Source: Lama guanicoe
Taxonomy: Eukaryota
NCBI GenBank assembly: GCA_013239625.1
Contig: MU056050.1
Span: forward strand, 1,288,084-1,352,083
Length of the DNA stretch: 64,000 bases
Direction: 5' to 3'
Under the pieces are notes generated by a model. It saw only the letters and a program-made list of their open reading frames with translations. It was not told the origin of the DNA and ran no database searches. A program made the translations under genes and the position numbers. The first letter of the stretch is position 1; each line of letters begins with the position of its first letter. Positions 35,211-48,894 of this stretch are shown in pieces.

Positions 35211-38200
35211 AAATAATCAGTTACTAAGCACATTGGTTAGAAAAGTAGGTATTCCTTTTGCTTTTTTCAAACTGTTCCTCTAAAGTATCACCTGCTTCCA
35301 ATCAAGCATCTCACGTTTCTCATGTATCTGTTTTCTAAAACACAGAGATTCGTGTCACTCATTATTTTCTATCTAATTGGCTGGGGCACTGTATATATAA
35401 AGCAATCAGTGAATGCACTGATTTTTTTTTTTCCCGATTTTTTGCCAATTGAAGTGGTGTCACATGATAATAGCTTATAATCCATCTCTGAGTTTAGCGG
35501 AAGTTCTTGGTTCAGGGAGAAATTGGAAATTTATAATTAGGCTCTCCCTTAATTAATAAGACAGAACTTACTAAAGTGTCCTTATTCTGAGCTATTTATT
35601 AAAGAAATTGTGAATATGAAAAGGGTTTAAACAAAATGATATAAATAAAATAAACATTATTTATTGTTGACATGAATTGATAAAAATGCAAAAAGAGTGA
35701 ATTCATTTGAAGAATTGACTCAAATCTTCCCTGTGACTTTTAACTGCTCTGAGACAAAAATGTGAAGATTTCTTAATCCTCTTACACAAGTTTATCTGTG
35801 AAACAGCATGCTTACTCATGGTGCTCACAGATAAGTGAATTTAAAGACATATGTTAGGAGGTGGGCAGGGAATAGATTTGGAATCATAAGAATTCTGTTT
35901 CAAGATGGAATCTGATGAGTTGCTATTTACATAAGTGCTTCCTGGTGCTTATTTGAGTCTTTAGTGGGGGAGGGGTGGGAATGTAAGGACAAACTCCAAG
36001 TGCATGAAAGCTAGAAACTTCTACAGGATGCTAGGGGAAGGATTGGGAATGGAGGCAGAGGTAGTTTCCAGATGGGACTTACTCAGTAGGAATGAATCTG
36101 CTGAGTTTATCAAGCAAAACCAGGCTGAGGTTTATTATATCTCTTTCTGGGGGATTAGTGAATAGAGATGACTAGGAAGATTCCCACTCTCCATTTAGCA
36201 ACTTATATATTTCAATGTTCAAATAGAGTTGTGTTTAATATCCTTGGAGTTTTCCATGACTTTGAACCTTACTAAGGTCAGAAAGAGCTTTTAGGCACCC
36301 CCCCCACTTTTTTTTAAAGGAGCCCTTGTTACCTGCCCCATAGCAGAAACCATTTCCTCTTTTCTGTTACCCAGGGGGTGAGTATTCCTTCTTTCTTCAA
36401 ATACCCTAAGTTAAATCCTCTGTTTAGGAATTACAACTTTGGCAAAGAAGCACTGCATAGGAAAGGAACTAGTATAGAGACATTTTATCAAAATAGCTGA
36501 GTGGGAAATGGTTGTAACATTGATAGCAGCACAGTCTTCCTTCTGAATAAATTGGTTTAATCTTGGCCTTGCAAAGATAGTAAAATTCTAATTACCCAAA
36601 CAGCAATTAATCAAATATTTTAGTTAACTACATTTGAGGGGATTTTAAACTTTGAAAGGAAGAGACAAAAGTATAATAAAACAACCTCATGGTAGACTGT
36701 TCCAGAACACTATTGAGCATTTGCCCAGGCTTAGTGGTAACATGTACTTTTACAAAAATATAATCAAAGTAGAAATAATGATATTTAATCTTTTCAAAAG
36801 TCAGAATGGTGACATTTTGCATGAAAAAGCACTTAATACCTAACTTACAAATTATTTGTGCTCCAAAAATTCATTTATAATAGAATGGTTTGTTTCTCTG
36901 GCAAAATGAGTTCCGAGTTCCAATGTTTTAAATGCTTGGTGCTTAGATTTTTGAGATTTAACCAACAGTATACTTGAAATGTCTACTTATAGCAATATTT
37001 CAACAATACCTAACTGCCAGTGTGATTTATTTCTATGGGTAAAACCAGTTTGAGTTACAGTTTAGGATAGCACAATGCTTGTGGCCGATTCTGAGAATAA
37101 CAAACAGTCCAGCCTGACTAGTGCAATAGTTTGTGTAAGATGGTGTTGGGAAAAAAACATTTTGGATATTTAGAATTGGATGAAATTTTAATGAGTCATG
37201 TCATGAAGCTGAGACCAAGAGGTTTTCTGGTAAATTCATTTTTTTTTAAATTCCAAACTCTAACCTGTATTGTCTGTCAAAAGCCTTCTCCAAATTTCTG
37301 TAATATGTTCATTAATCAAGAGACTGTATGAAGGGCACAAAAGTGTCTGGACTAGAGACTATGACATTAGAGACAGGATGATAGCACTAGCCTGTAAACT
37401 TCAGGAGACCAGGATTTGGGGTATCTTCTTCACTTCAAAAGCCCCAGCATCCAGCACACTGTTCAGTAAATAATCTAGATTAATGCAAAAATGAACTTGA
37501 GAACTGACTAGATTTGAGACTTGTCCGATGAGGAGGTGGAGAAGAGACAGTCAAAGGGAGATTCCAGAGTTCTGAGCCAGGATGGCTTTAATTCAGTTGA
37601 CAGTTTGGGTCTCATTTCTGAGAGTCCCTCCTGTTGGGGGAATGTAGAATGATCTAATTGTGAACCTTGATTGAGAGTGAAACCCACACCTAACCCCTAT
37701 GAAAAAAATTAGGTGGATGGATTGAGCTGTTTATTTGAGGAACCTGGCACTCTCTGTTCATAACTCATGATGTTCTTATCTGGTGACATAATATATTACT
37801 GTTTTTAGTTTCTGTGAATTAAATATAAGATGATACAAAGTACTCTGGAGCTGTGTCTCTGTGATAAATTATACGGAACTCCAAAATAGCTGGTGATTTA
37901 AGTAAATTGCACATAAAATTCAATAATGCTGAATATGTGGGATGATATAGACAAAACATTCAAGCAAATAATTAAAATTTGGTTAAAAATTAACAGATCC
38001 TTATGCATCAAACACAACACAGATATCTCTATTTGGAACTATCAATATAAATAAGTAAATTGGAAAGTTTTTGTGTCCTTTGCATGCTATAATAGTTGAA
38101 AGAAAACAAGATCCAAACTTCCAAGTAGAAATTTATCATTCTGAAGGCAGAGCCTATATTAACTTTGTTGCTTTGATATCTTCTTTTCTTTTACTTAAAT

Positions 38201-38211
38201 GTTTATCAAGA

Positions 38212-38755
38212 TGCTTGTAGCTGCAATTATAAAAAAAAATACTCTAGCTAAAATAGTAAGGGTATTTTACTATCTCACTTAAATATGAAACTATGAGATG
38301 CAAAGGATTAGTTAATTAAGAGACTCTGTAATGTCAACAAGAATCCAAGTTCATTCCTTCTATTCTGCCATCCTTAGCAATGTGGTTACTTGTGTTTGCA
38401 AAATGGCTGTGTTATTTTGTGATGCAGTCATTGCATTCTCACATTGTTAAGTTTTGTAAATCCTTTTTCGTAAGCAAGTAAACCTGTCTCTGAACACCTA
38501 CCCTCACGTGAAGGTAGGGTAAGGGTAGGTATTCTGGGACAAGCTTACTTGCTATCCTGAACAAGAGAAATAAGATTCTCTGAGAAGAGAAATAAGATTA
38601 CCTTGATTGGCTTAGGCTAATCACATCGTATCCCTTGAGACTAGAGAGTAGATCTCTGAAACATTTGACCACCCAATAGCTGAACAAAATTGGGAAATGG
38701 TAGCAAGGAATAAGGAGAGAATGTTTGCTTGGTAGGCAAAAATAGATAACTAGTA
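38212..38755. mobile_element. MLT1 (K/L-like) ERVL-MaLR solo LTR
   Basis: aatgtcaacaagaatccaagttcattccttctattctgccatccttagc...aaaatggctg...gattggcttaggctaatcac...aacaaaattggg...tagcaaggaataaggagagaatg. Confidence 0.7.
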
Positions 38756-41700
38756 ATACATGAGATTACATGTTGTGTTAGATACTCAGACGTTTTATAA
38801 AGCCGTTGGTTCTGTTTTTAAAGAAAGGTCTGGGGCCAGCATAGTATTTACATTTCTGTGATTGTGCTGGAAAAGCTTTTAAGTCACAAATCCATAAGTT
38901 ATTAAGCGAGTACCTATGTCAAAGGAAAAAATAGCTAGACTTCTTTAAATATCTTAAGAGGAGTTCTCCATTTTAATGAATATAAATGCTGGTATTTAGA
39001 ATTGATGAAGGATGAAATTGAATGGTTTCTATGACTTAATCTTGGTGATGTCTATCAATTTTAGTAGGCATTTGTTTTGTTCTTTGTTGGTAGACTGATC
39101 AATTTATTGATTGGATTGAAATTAGTTCAGATTTGCTTTTCAGCATATATGAAATCAGCCTGATGATAAATTTTTAAATGTAAGCATTAGATTTGGCATT
39201 AGGTTAAGGGCATGGTTTGTGCCCAAGCAACTGGAAATAGAAATACAGAAAAAAAGACAAAAACTGCTGTATCACTGTTTATTCTTTTATTCTTCTTCAT
39301 TGTTCTCACTACTACCAAATCTTTTTTTAAAAAATAAATAAATAAACTACCTACCTAGCAATAGTGTAGCCATTTGATAATTTTGAATGTTAAGCATTTA
39401 GGCTGAAGAGGAAAAAGTGAAATTTTCCTTGTTTCCAGAACATTAGCACAAGCTTCATTCAGGATGACCCTACATAGAAATAGCAAACATTTTCTTATAT
39501 AGTCGACCTCTGTATATCCCCATATTCCTCAGAAATGCCTTCTTTCACAGGCCTTCTGTCACATTACTCTTCTCTCTTCCTTTGTCTTATTATTACTATT
39601 TTGCAAATAGAGAATTCTTTATTCAGGGGTCTGTTAGCTGTTGTTCCCTCAGAAGATGAGAAAAAAATATGAACATGAGAAGGGGAGGAATGAGTCAAAA
39701 AGGGATGAAGATTGGAGGTATTTGAGCCAGAGGAACAGAGACTGTCATCCTACTGTCATAAAGTAAGAGAAGTAGTAGGAATGGTGTAGTTGAATCCAGA
39801 TTCTTTCAGTTGACAGGTGAAGAGGCTGATATGTAGAGAGGGGCAAATGGCTTAATGAGGCTCACACATCTAATTTGCAAAAGATCTGGTACAAAACTCA
39901 GGTCAACCTGACTCTGAGACATTTATGTCACTTTCTTTACTGTTTTACTGAGGTCTTTCTAAGCATCCAATGCATATTGCTACTGCAGTAGCATCTGAGC
40001 TTTTATAGAAGCAGCCCCTCTGAATGAAAAAGCAACAGCTGCAGGAATCTAACACCAGCAAGCAAAAACGCACTGCAGTAACCAAGCCCAGAAGGATTCC
40101 TTTCTCCAGCAAAGTTCTTTGGCAGGCTGCAGAATTAGCGAGTGCGAATGAGTCATCAATTGACTTTGGTGAATAAATTGCCACCCATAGATTTCTTTTC
40201 TCTTTTCCCTTTTATTTTCTTTTAGCAGATTCAGTCATTACCCTTTTATACTCATAGTGGGGCAGTGACAGTAAATTCTGCCTTATTAATGTCTTTTTCA
40301 CACCTGAACTGTCAGGATCATCACAAATAAATTTCTGTAATTCCCAGAAAAGAATTAGAAAAAAATAGAAAGCAAAGATTTCAGAAAATGAAAGTCTGAA
40401 TGACGCAGAGATTTATGCTTTCCTTTTACTCTTAAACAACATGTTGTGATTATTACAATGTAAGTAGCTCTACTCATGTATTTAAAATTGTCAGGTACAG
40501 GAGAAAAAAGAAATTCTGATACATGTTTTAAAGCAGAAATAATGAAATGCATTTTATTTTCATTTTTTTCTGCAAGAGGACTTTCATTGATCTTTTAAAA
40601 AATTTGTTTACTAAAATTATAAATAAAACTACACTTTATTAATAGGTATTAGCTCTAAGTTGCAGTTTTATTTTATACATTATCTAGCATCAATTGCCAA
40701 GTCAAAGAAGCTGGCTATTTTATAGAGGAGTATGCCTTCTCCCTAGGGTTTTAATAGCCATTAAAATGCTCAGCCCCTGAAGTTTCTATGGAAGCGATGC
40801 ATATTTGTAGATCCAAACCATTTGCAGCATGAATCCTCACATCCTCCAGCAACCAAAGCTCATATTATACAGAGTTTCTGACAATTACTTTTTTCATACT
40901 TTTATCAGCTAGCCGAACATCTCCAAGCTAGTGTCAGTGGGCTAGGCAATATTATAGGAGCTAATCTCCCATTATTTAAGCAAGATTTCTGAGAAGCCGT
41001 GCTATTTAGACAAAAGAAGGCAAGGCAAAAAATCGATAAACATAATTGAATTCTTTAAGTATAAATTATTAGAACTAGTTTAGATGTGGAACATGTTGGC
41101 AAGATCTCTCTTTCACATTAAATGTATAAAATAGCAAAAGTATTGAAACCTATTTCATTAAAAAAAATTGAGTCTACACTTAAATAACAAGTGATTTCAG
41201 GACCAATAAGTAAATTTAGGGCACTATGGGTTGAAATTTAGTGAATGCACATCTCTCAAGAAATGACACTGGCTGAAAATCCACAGTGCTCATTTTGGTA
41301 ATATTCCTAACCTTGAGATATGTTATTGATAATAGCTATGAACTGCCACATCGTATCTTTTAGGACTGTGTATAAAAAAGGAATCTGGGCTGAATGAACC
41401 ATGATTCAGAGTTAATACCACAAGCAAGACCTTGATTTCATATGTTGTCACACATGTAGAAATTACGCATTGTCAAATAGCCATGCCCTGCCTTAAAGGA
41501 CTGGATGGATTCTGCCTGAATTAATGAATAAGTCATTGTCACTCAAATGCTAATTTACCTGTTTTGATCACAGAAAAATAAACAAAGCAATGGACCCCAA
41601 AGAAAGATTACATTGTATTGTGAACTTTGCAAAGTTGATTTTGAGAGGCAGGAGAACTGGTTTTCATTTGGCTGTGGTTTTCTGTGTTCTGCTTGGCTTG

Positions 41701-42439
41701 AGCTTGAGGTTAATTGTTAATCTCTTTCCTGTTAGCTCTCTTTTATAATGTATTTGACACTTTGGTTCATTTTGAATGGGTTTAAATGATATTCCCCAGT
41801 TGTACTAATTCTTTCTGGTAATTTGTGGGAAGAAGCACCTATTTGCAAAATGCAGGTGTTTGTGGCTGGGTCATGAAGGATAACTTCAATACATAGCGAA
41901 AAGCATAGAGATACAAATTAAGTGATAGGCTCTTATGTGGGAAAAAAACCATCACAAATAACAACTAGAAAGATCAGCACTTTTTAATGGGTTCCCTTTC
42001 TTTGGCTCCGTGGAGAGAGAGTATTTCAGTCAGATATTACCAGCATTAAAATCATTACCCAGTGTAAGGGCAGATGGCCGGCCGATAATTGTTTATAGAG
42101 ACAGATGGCAATTCCTTGTACCCTCTTTCTGGTTTCTGTGTTTTTAAAGCTCAGCAGTTGCAATGTGAAGCCTTCTTAAGACCATAAAATACAAACCGCT
42201 TTAAATAACTCTGAACCAGGATTTTGACTGATGTGCTTAAAAGAAACAGTCACAGTATGAACCTCAATCTGCAGAGAGATGCTAGGTGTATAGCCCTGCA
42301 GGTTATAATTTATAGGAATAGCAGGCTAATTTGGGCTACATCTACACACAGACACACAAACTGGCATCAATAAAATAAAGAATTGTATCCAATCAAGAAT
42401 TTTTACTGTAAACCAGACAAAGGCAAGTTTTCGTAAATC

Positions 42440-43535
42440 CTCAATAATCAAACACCAGCATGTGTTGAGTACTTGGCTGGTGTTTACAAGGGCTACCAAA
42501 GAAGTGCCAGGCCTTTTCCTGACCTTACTTAGCTGACAATCTAAATGGGGAGTAAAGTGATACCCAGAGAGAGATTATTTCAGTACAAGGCAGAGGATGC
42601 TAAATGTAAGTAACTCAGACAATAGCACTAGAGAAGATCAGATACAGTGATCACTGTGGATGTGAGCACTTACTAGGGACGGGTAGGCATATGCAGAGAA
42701 AGGAAAGGATCAGTGATGGGTGTGCAGGTGGAAAGAATGGTGTAAGCAGAGACACGGGGAGAGGCACAGACCTAGGCTGAATGGCCTGTATTCTTGTTTA
42801 CTGCACAATATTTTTCTTTCTTTCTCCTATTTCAGTCTCTTCTTATACTGTGGTAAGAGATGGGAAATAATATGCTTCTTCGATTAATGTAAAGGAATAA
42901 TTTAAAAGAATAATAGCTGAGCCTGTATATGTGAGAACTTGAGTTCTAGGTTACAGATTTCAGATACCGTCCTTAAAATACTTGGGAGTGCTATTGAAGG
43001 TTTTTGAGAAAATATGATGTGTGCAAATGTTATTTTCAGAAGAATTTGGTAGTGTTTTGTGAACTAAATTTGAAAGGGAGAGCCTGGATAGAGCCCATTT
43101 AGGAGATTATTGCCATACTTCAGACTAAAGACAAGAGATCTTGAAAACAGTAGAAATCTAGGGCAAGGAAAGGAAGCTGATAGCCAGTGTGAAGAAAGAG
43201 TCAACATAATGTAGCGTTTGACTGTGTACAGCCAACATGAAGGGCAGAAGAGCAAATGTTTGTAACTTGAGTGATTAGAAAATAATTTTCCTTTACAATA
43301 ATAGAAATAAAGAAGACTGAGAGAAGAGGGAACAGTCATACACTGGAATTTAGTTTTGATATGCTGTGGAGACATGGGCGTGGAGCTGTGCAGAAGTCAG
43401 GTGGAGATGATTTGTAGAAAAGACAGATACAGCGGAGTCATTGTTGAAATGGTAAAAGTGGATGATACCACGAAAGGAGAAGTACATAAAGGAAATAGTA
43501 GTATAATGGGGACCAAAGCTTGGGAGCAATATCCT
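42440..43535 (-). mobile_element. L2 LINE fragments
   Basis: tgggagtgctattgaaggtttttgag; tttaggagattattgccatacttcag; ggaatttagttttgatatgctg; aatggggaccaaagcttgggag. Confidence 0.6.
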
Positions 43536-44674
43536 CATTTTAAAACTAGATGTTAAATGTCTGTTTTCGGAACATATTTTAACTGTTTTTCTCTTCGTGT
43601 GTGCGCACGCACTCAGGAATCTTGTGGCGTCCGAGGGTGAAAGCTTATATATGTGTTTGCTTAGTGAATATAAAATCTTTTTTCTCTTTCTTATTTTATT
43701 ATCCTTGGAAATAATGGCATAAAGTCTGCAGGAAAAGCATTCCCTTGACTGGGTGTTACATTAAGAAGAAGCTGCCAAAAACAAATAAACAACAACCCAC
43801 AGCAAATAAAAATACAGAAGTTTCTGCTTGCATCAGCAGAAACATACAGTTTTGATTCAACTGTAAGTTTTCTTCTGCATTTCAAATGAAGCAAATGTAG
43901 TAGTAGTAATGTTATGTCAAGGAGTTTATTCTCCCTAAACGGTTCTTATCAGGGTCTAAAATAATAAATTTTACGGTGATTTTTGTGTAACTCTCATTTG
44001 CTTTCAAAATAGTTTAATTATACTTCAAAACCCCATAATCATTGCCAGATATAAAATTCAGGGGATATAAACAACCTGCCCCCCCAAAAAAGTCACAGAG
44101 AAATTTAGTATGTTTTAAGCTTTGGGGCTGAACACACTGGAGAAGCAGCCTCACAGCAATGCAGACTTCTTGACATAGAGGACGCTGCCGCTCCCTGCTC
44201 AGTGGGCCGGGACCCAAACAGATATGCGCTGCTTCAACTGGAGGAGGCGGGGAGAGGTAGAATGGGCTCTGTGTCATTTTATTTAAATATAGTCATTATA
44301 TAGAGTTTGAAGGGACATTAGGCATCGTGTCGTCCAATCTCCACCTTGTTTAGGCTCTAAGCAAGCAGACACAAACTTATATTTGATTATTTCAAGTGAT
44401 AGAGAATCACTCTATACAGGTTAGCCCATTCTGTTTTCAGAAAGCTGAGCAGGAGAATGTCCTTGAGTATACTGAGCTGAAATCAGTACTTCAGCTATGA
44501 GTGATGGTTTGACTTTACAGAGAGACAAAAAAATGTCGGAATGATTTGTGCTTTTTTAGTTGTCTTTTTAATTTGGGTTATGTGTCATTTATCTGTGCCC
44601 TCTTACCAACCAGTGCCGTTATAATAGACTTGCCTAGCAGTCAGTTACTAGCAGTGCTGAGGTGGTGTGTGGAC

Positions 44675-44800
44675 AGCAGACTGTGAGCTCTTTGAATGCA
44701 GGGATTATAAATTACTCTTCACTGTGTCCACTGTAGATAGCAGTTAGCACAGTGTCTGGCACATAGCAAGTGCTTAGGAAATGTTTAATGAAAGGAGGGA
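44675..44800 (+). mobile_element. L2 3' end
   Basis: agactgtgagctctttgaatgcaggga...ttagcacagtgtctggcacatagcaagtgcttaggaaatgtttaatgaa. Confidence 0.8.
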
Positions 44801-46254
44801 GGGAAGAAGAAAGGAGAGGAGAAAAAAGGAAGAAATATATAGAAGGAGAATGAGTCATATTATCTTTGTCAGTTCTGACTTTCAATTTGGCAGAATCATT
44901 GAGTGCAGTGTGTCTGGGTTGATACACTTTACATATTTATATATGTATGTATATATGTATTTATATAAATATAAATTTGCTGGAATTATTTTTATGGAGT
45001 TTCTAATCTAAACTTATATTGATCTTTTGTACAGAGATGTATTTTTCTTTGAATAACAGGTCTTCGTTTTAACAAAAACCTCTTGAAATGCCTCGAACTC
45101 ACATTTATTGTCCTATACCAAATCTCACTACCATTATTCCACCTAAACACATCTGACCCTAAGTATAGTGACCTGAAGGAGTTGTAAGGAACCCTAACAG
45201 TTTATCATGGTGCCATGAATCTTGAAGGGATTACCCTGATGTTAACAAACACATTGAAGCCCTCTGTTACAAGGTAGCTACATTATCTTAAAAGGGAAAT
45301 GTGATGATTTAATCAATCAGTAATGATCAAGTTTTAAAAAAAAAATAGTTCCTTATTTTCAGTCTCCTAAAAATAATCTGAAGGAATATGGAGATACTTC
45401 CCTGGGTTGGTAGAACTATGACATATCTTTGTACAGATGGGAAAGACTATGGCAAGAAATGGTAAGAAAGCCAACTCATACATAATTATCATGACTGCCT
45501 TGAATTTCATTTTGACCTAGGGTTTCATTGCCATGTATTAATCCCAAGATAGTAGAAATGCTTATTAGATTTATGTCTTGATCCCATTTGATGTCCCAAT
45601 GAAGAGAAAAAGTAATTTTAAGTCTGATGGAGAACCAGATTAGCCAATAAGAGAAGGGATTAAAGTCCCTCCTTGCTGTATGTCAGCTAGCTCAGCAGAA
45701 AGAGGTAACTTCGGGACATTGTACTAGTGAAAAAAATCAACCAGGAAGCCATCCACTTTTAGGAGGTTTAAAAATTAAGTACATAGGGAATAGAGTGAGC
45801 AGTCTCTTTATAGCAAATACTTTAAGGTTATAGAAAATGATAAGGATATTAGGATACTGGGAAGGGTATTAAGACTAGAAATCAAGGTGGTAGAATAGAT
45901 GTCAGCTGGATGTGCAGGTAGAGAGAATGCAAAAAAAGAAGGGCTTTATTAGCACAGAAATATTTAGCAAAGTCTTGCCATGTAGTATTTAATCATGTCC
46001 AAATACTGGGTGATTTTGTACCAAGTACACACACACTCCCTCCTATACATAGCCGCTCCCTGCCCATGTATACACATGTGCACCTACACTCCCACCAGCT
46101 CAACTGTACTACAAAGTCTCCATGTGTATGTACGTACACAAATGGGTGTGACAAATATGTTTAAAATCGCTTTGAGAAAAGAACCATGGAAAAAATGGTC
46201 TAATTCAGTCTTCAACTGGCGGAATTCCGTTTCCTTTTAATTGTTGTTGCACAA

Positions 46255-46360
46255 TCGTAGCGCTTACTGTGTGCCCGGCATCCTTTCATATATGAATTTA
46301 TTTCATTCTCACATCAGTCTGTGAAGTAGAAACTGTTACTGTGATTTTCCATTTAAAAGA
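46255..46360 (-). mobile_element. MIR fragment
   Basis: agcgcttactgtgtgcccggca...tttatttcattctcacatcagtctgtgaagtagaaactgtt. Confidence 0.65.
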
Positions 46361-48274
46361 TGTACAAGCATCATTCCATCTCCAGGGTTATCTCTGAGGT
46401 GCTGTTCTGTCATCCTACTTAGGTTACTGTGATATCAGCTCTTGGGACGTTGAGGATGCCCTTTCCCCTGGAAAGAGGCCTGTTCAATCAAGGCAGATAG
46501 TGAACCTAGCCATTAGATGCCTTGTGTCTTCTTGCCTTTCACAAATGCTATTTAATGTCCTATCAAGTATTCTCAAAAGTCAAGTTAGCTTCCTCCTTTA
46601 TTGACGTAGAACCTGCGTACCTTTTGTCTTTCTTCTTTCTCCTCTCAGACTCCAGAGCATATGCTCGCTCCTCTATTTTCCTATGCAGGTTGGTGTAGTA
46701 TACATTTTTGCACGTGTAAGCACCTAAGTTAAGGACTATTTCACCACAGTTTAAACTGTTCTTCTGCCTGGCATATCTCCAGCTGTCACCTTAGCAACAG
46801 TCCTTGCTTAATGAAATCCCATAGGTGTTAAGAAAGCAGCAAACCCTTATAACAGCAATGGCCATATTAAGATAGAAGATGAGCTTTCTGATTTGGAACT
46901 GAGATAAACCATTCATACTACATCTCAGTCAAAACAGTACAGGGCAGGAGAGGTGAATCCAGGAGCCCAAATTTGGGAAACAGGGAACTCTGCTGCCTGT
47001 CCCATTACATTTCAGAAGTGGTATCATTGGGAATAATAAGAAAACCCATCCAAACTGCTACAAGCCCTAAATACTCAATTTGAAACTTACAATAATTAAA
47101 ATATATGAAACACTGGGTATGATCAAATGGAAGTTTTTTTGAATTAAAAAGAGCCCTAGAGATCCCATAGTCCAATGGCTTCAATTTCCTTCCTTGTATA
47201 ATAAGAGAAAGAAAAGGACCATGTCTTACTTATCTTTATTACTGAAATACCTGGCATAATACCTTTCACAACTGGTGTTCATTACACGTCTGTAGAGCTG
47301 TTTTATACTGAGGATTGTGAGTGCCTAAGAATACATCGCTAATATTAAAGACCAGATTAGAACCCTCATTTTATGTCTGTGACCTATGTTTCCGGCCACT
47401 TACAACAAGACAGGGCCTATTTTAAAGGCCACATTTTGAACCCCTAGGACATTACCCTACACAGCAAGAATCTGCTCAACCCTAGATGGCTGTTAAGGTA
47501 GGCATTAGTCCTGCCCTCTGAAAACTGCAGTGTTGAGAGAAGTTGGGGCATGTACTTCTAGCCACTTCTCTTAGCCTTTGTTTTCAAAATGGAAAGGCCT
47601 CAGGACTCTCTTATCTGTAGCTGTGAGACTTCATTTCTTTTCTTCAGGGATAAGCAGTTTTAAAAATGTATAAACATAAGCAAATTTGCCCGGAGAGGAC
47701 AATGCCCTCGCATTCCCATCCTCTAGGAGTTCAGGCTGGGAAAATACAGCTGTTCATTTTAGCCATAATTAATTACTTTGAGGTATTACCTATTTCACCT
47801 GAGGGACTGCAAAGAAAGCATAGAAAACAGGCCAAGTTATAACAAGGCATCGTTCCCAGCATATTGGAAGCAGCAAGGGACACTTAAGGGAATAGCCACA
47901 CAGCCTCAGTCAAACAGGGCGTTCTCTTGGGTTGATATTATTGAAATTGTTAACTTCTGAATTGCTTCTAGGAGGAGCTACTTCGTATCTGACAGGACCC
48001 CTGTGGTTAAGTGGAAAGAGAAACCAATAAATTACCAAGCAGCACACATGATTAAGGAGTGAAGCAAGGAAAGAAAAGGTTTGAGGTGTTTTGAATGTAT
48101 GGTTAGCCCAGAGATAAACTGAGCAATATAAAAAGATAACCAAAAGGCCATGTGTACTAGTCTTTGCCTGCCCCGAGCCCCATCAGCTGCAGTCCTGAGA
48201 ATTTTCCACTAACTTCAGGATCAGCAGTGCCCAGTCCTTGAGCTAGTTCTGACAAAAGCAGCCAGAAAGTCATT

Positions 48275-48520
48275 AATAATAGTGAGAGTCTTAGATGCCA
48301 GGTATTGTTCAAAACTCTTGTAAACTCTTTTAATCGTCACAGCGACCCTTTGAAGTAGAGACTATTATTACCTATTTTACAGAGCAGTAAACCAAAAACA
48401 AAGGTGTTAAATAATTTGCCCAAATGTTTTAGTTAAGATAATTCTGGCTGCTATAATATTTATAAGTCCCCCTAAAACTCAGGACTTAACCAAAGAGTAA
48501 TTTATTTCATGCACACAAAA
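48275..48520 (-). mobile_element. MIR (48275-~48425) followed by an MLT1-like LTR end fragment
   Basis: tttaatcgtcacagcgaccctttgaagtagagactattattacctattttacag...taaataatttgcccaa; ttagttaagataattctggctgctataa...aaaactcaggacttaac. Confidence 0.6.
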
Positions 48521-48789
48521 TTTTGCACACCTTATAAATGGCAAAGTACCTTACTCAAAGTCAGTTGCCTCATAATTGAATTAATTTTCCAATTCATTAT
48601 TATTGCAAAGCAGACACTTTAACCCCTGTATAATAGGGTGATGGCTAGTTACATTGCTGAAACAAAGAATGAATATATCACCTCGATGGTTGTAATAATG
48701 GCAAAATAACAAATGTGTTAAATTGGTATTATAACTATGTAGGTTTAAAAATTAGTTTTAGGATTGGAAATAAAACCTGCCTGGATAAT

Positions 48790-48894
48790 AATAGAAATTC
48801 AGACATTCCGGGCATATCTAAGTGCTTCATATATACTTTTCACTTAACTCTCACAATCTCCCACTTAAATTAGTACTACTATTGTTGCCATTTT
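48790..48894 (-). mobile_element. MIR, left half of an element split by L1 (continues at 53128-53255)
   Basis: ctaagtgcttcatatatacttttcacttaactctcacaatc...tactactattgttgccatttt. Confidence 0.6.

Noticed and set aside
40024..40176. 50-aa ATG-initiated sORF (MKKQQLQESN...SIDFGE)
   Set aside because: No promoter or splice support and no recognisable family; the region is better explained as regulatory.
42811..42858. Possible 17-nt microexon (strong pyrimidine tract, TG|GTAAGA donor)
   Set aside because: Frameshifting length, embedded among L2 fragments, and no other support.
44170..44190. CTCF-like motif; also considered at ~47478 and ~54686
   Set aside because: Each has three or more mismatches to the core consensus, including the 5' CC.
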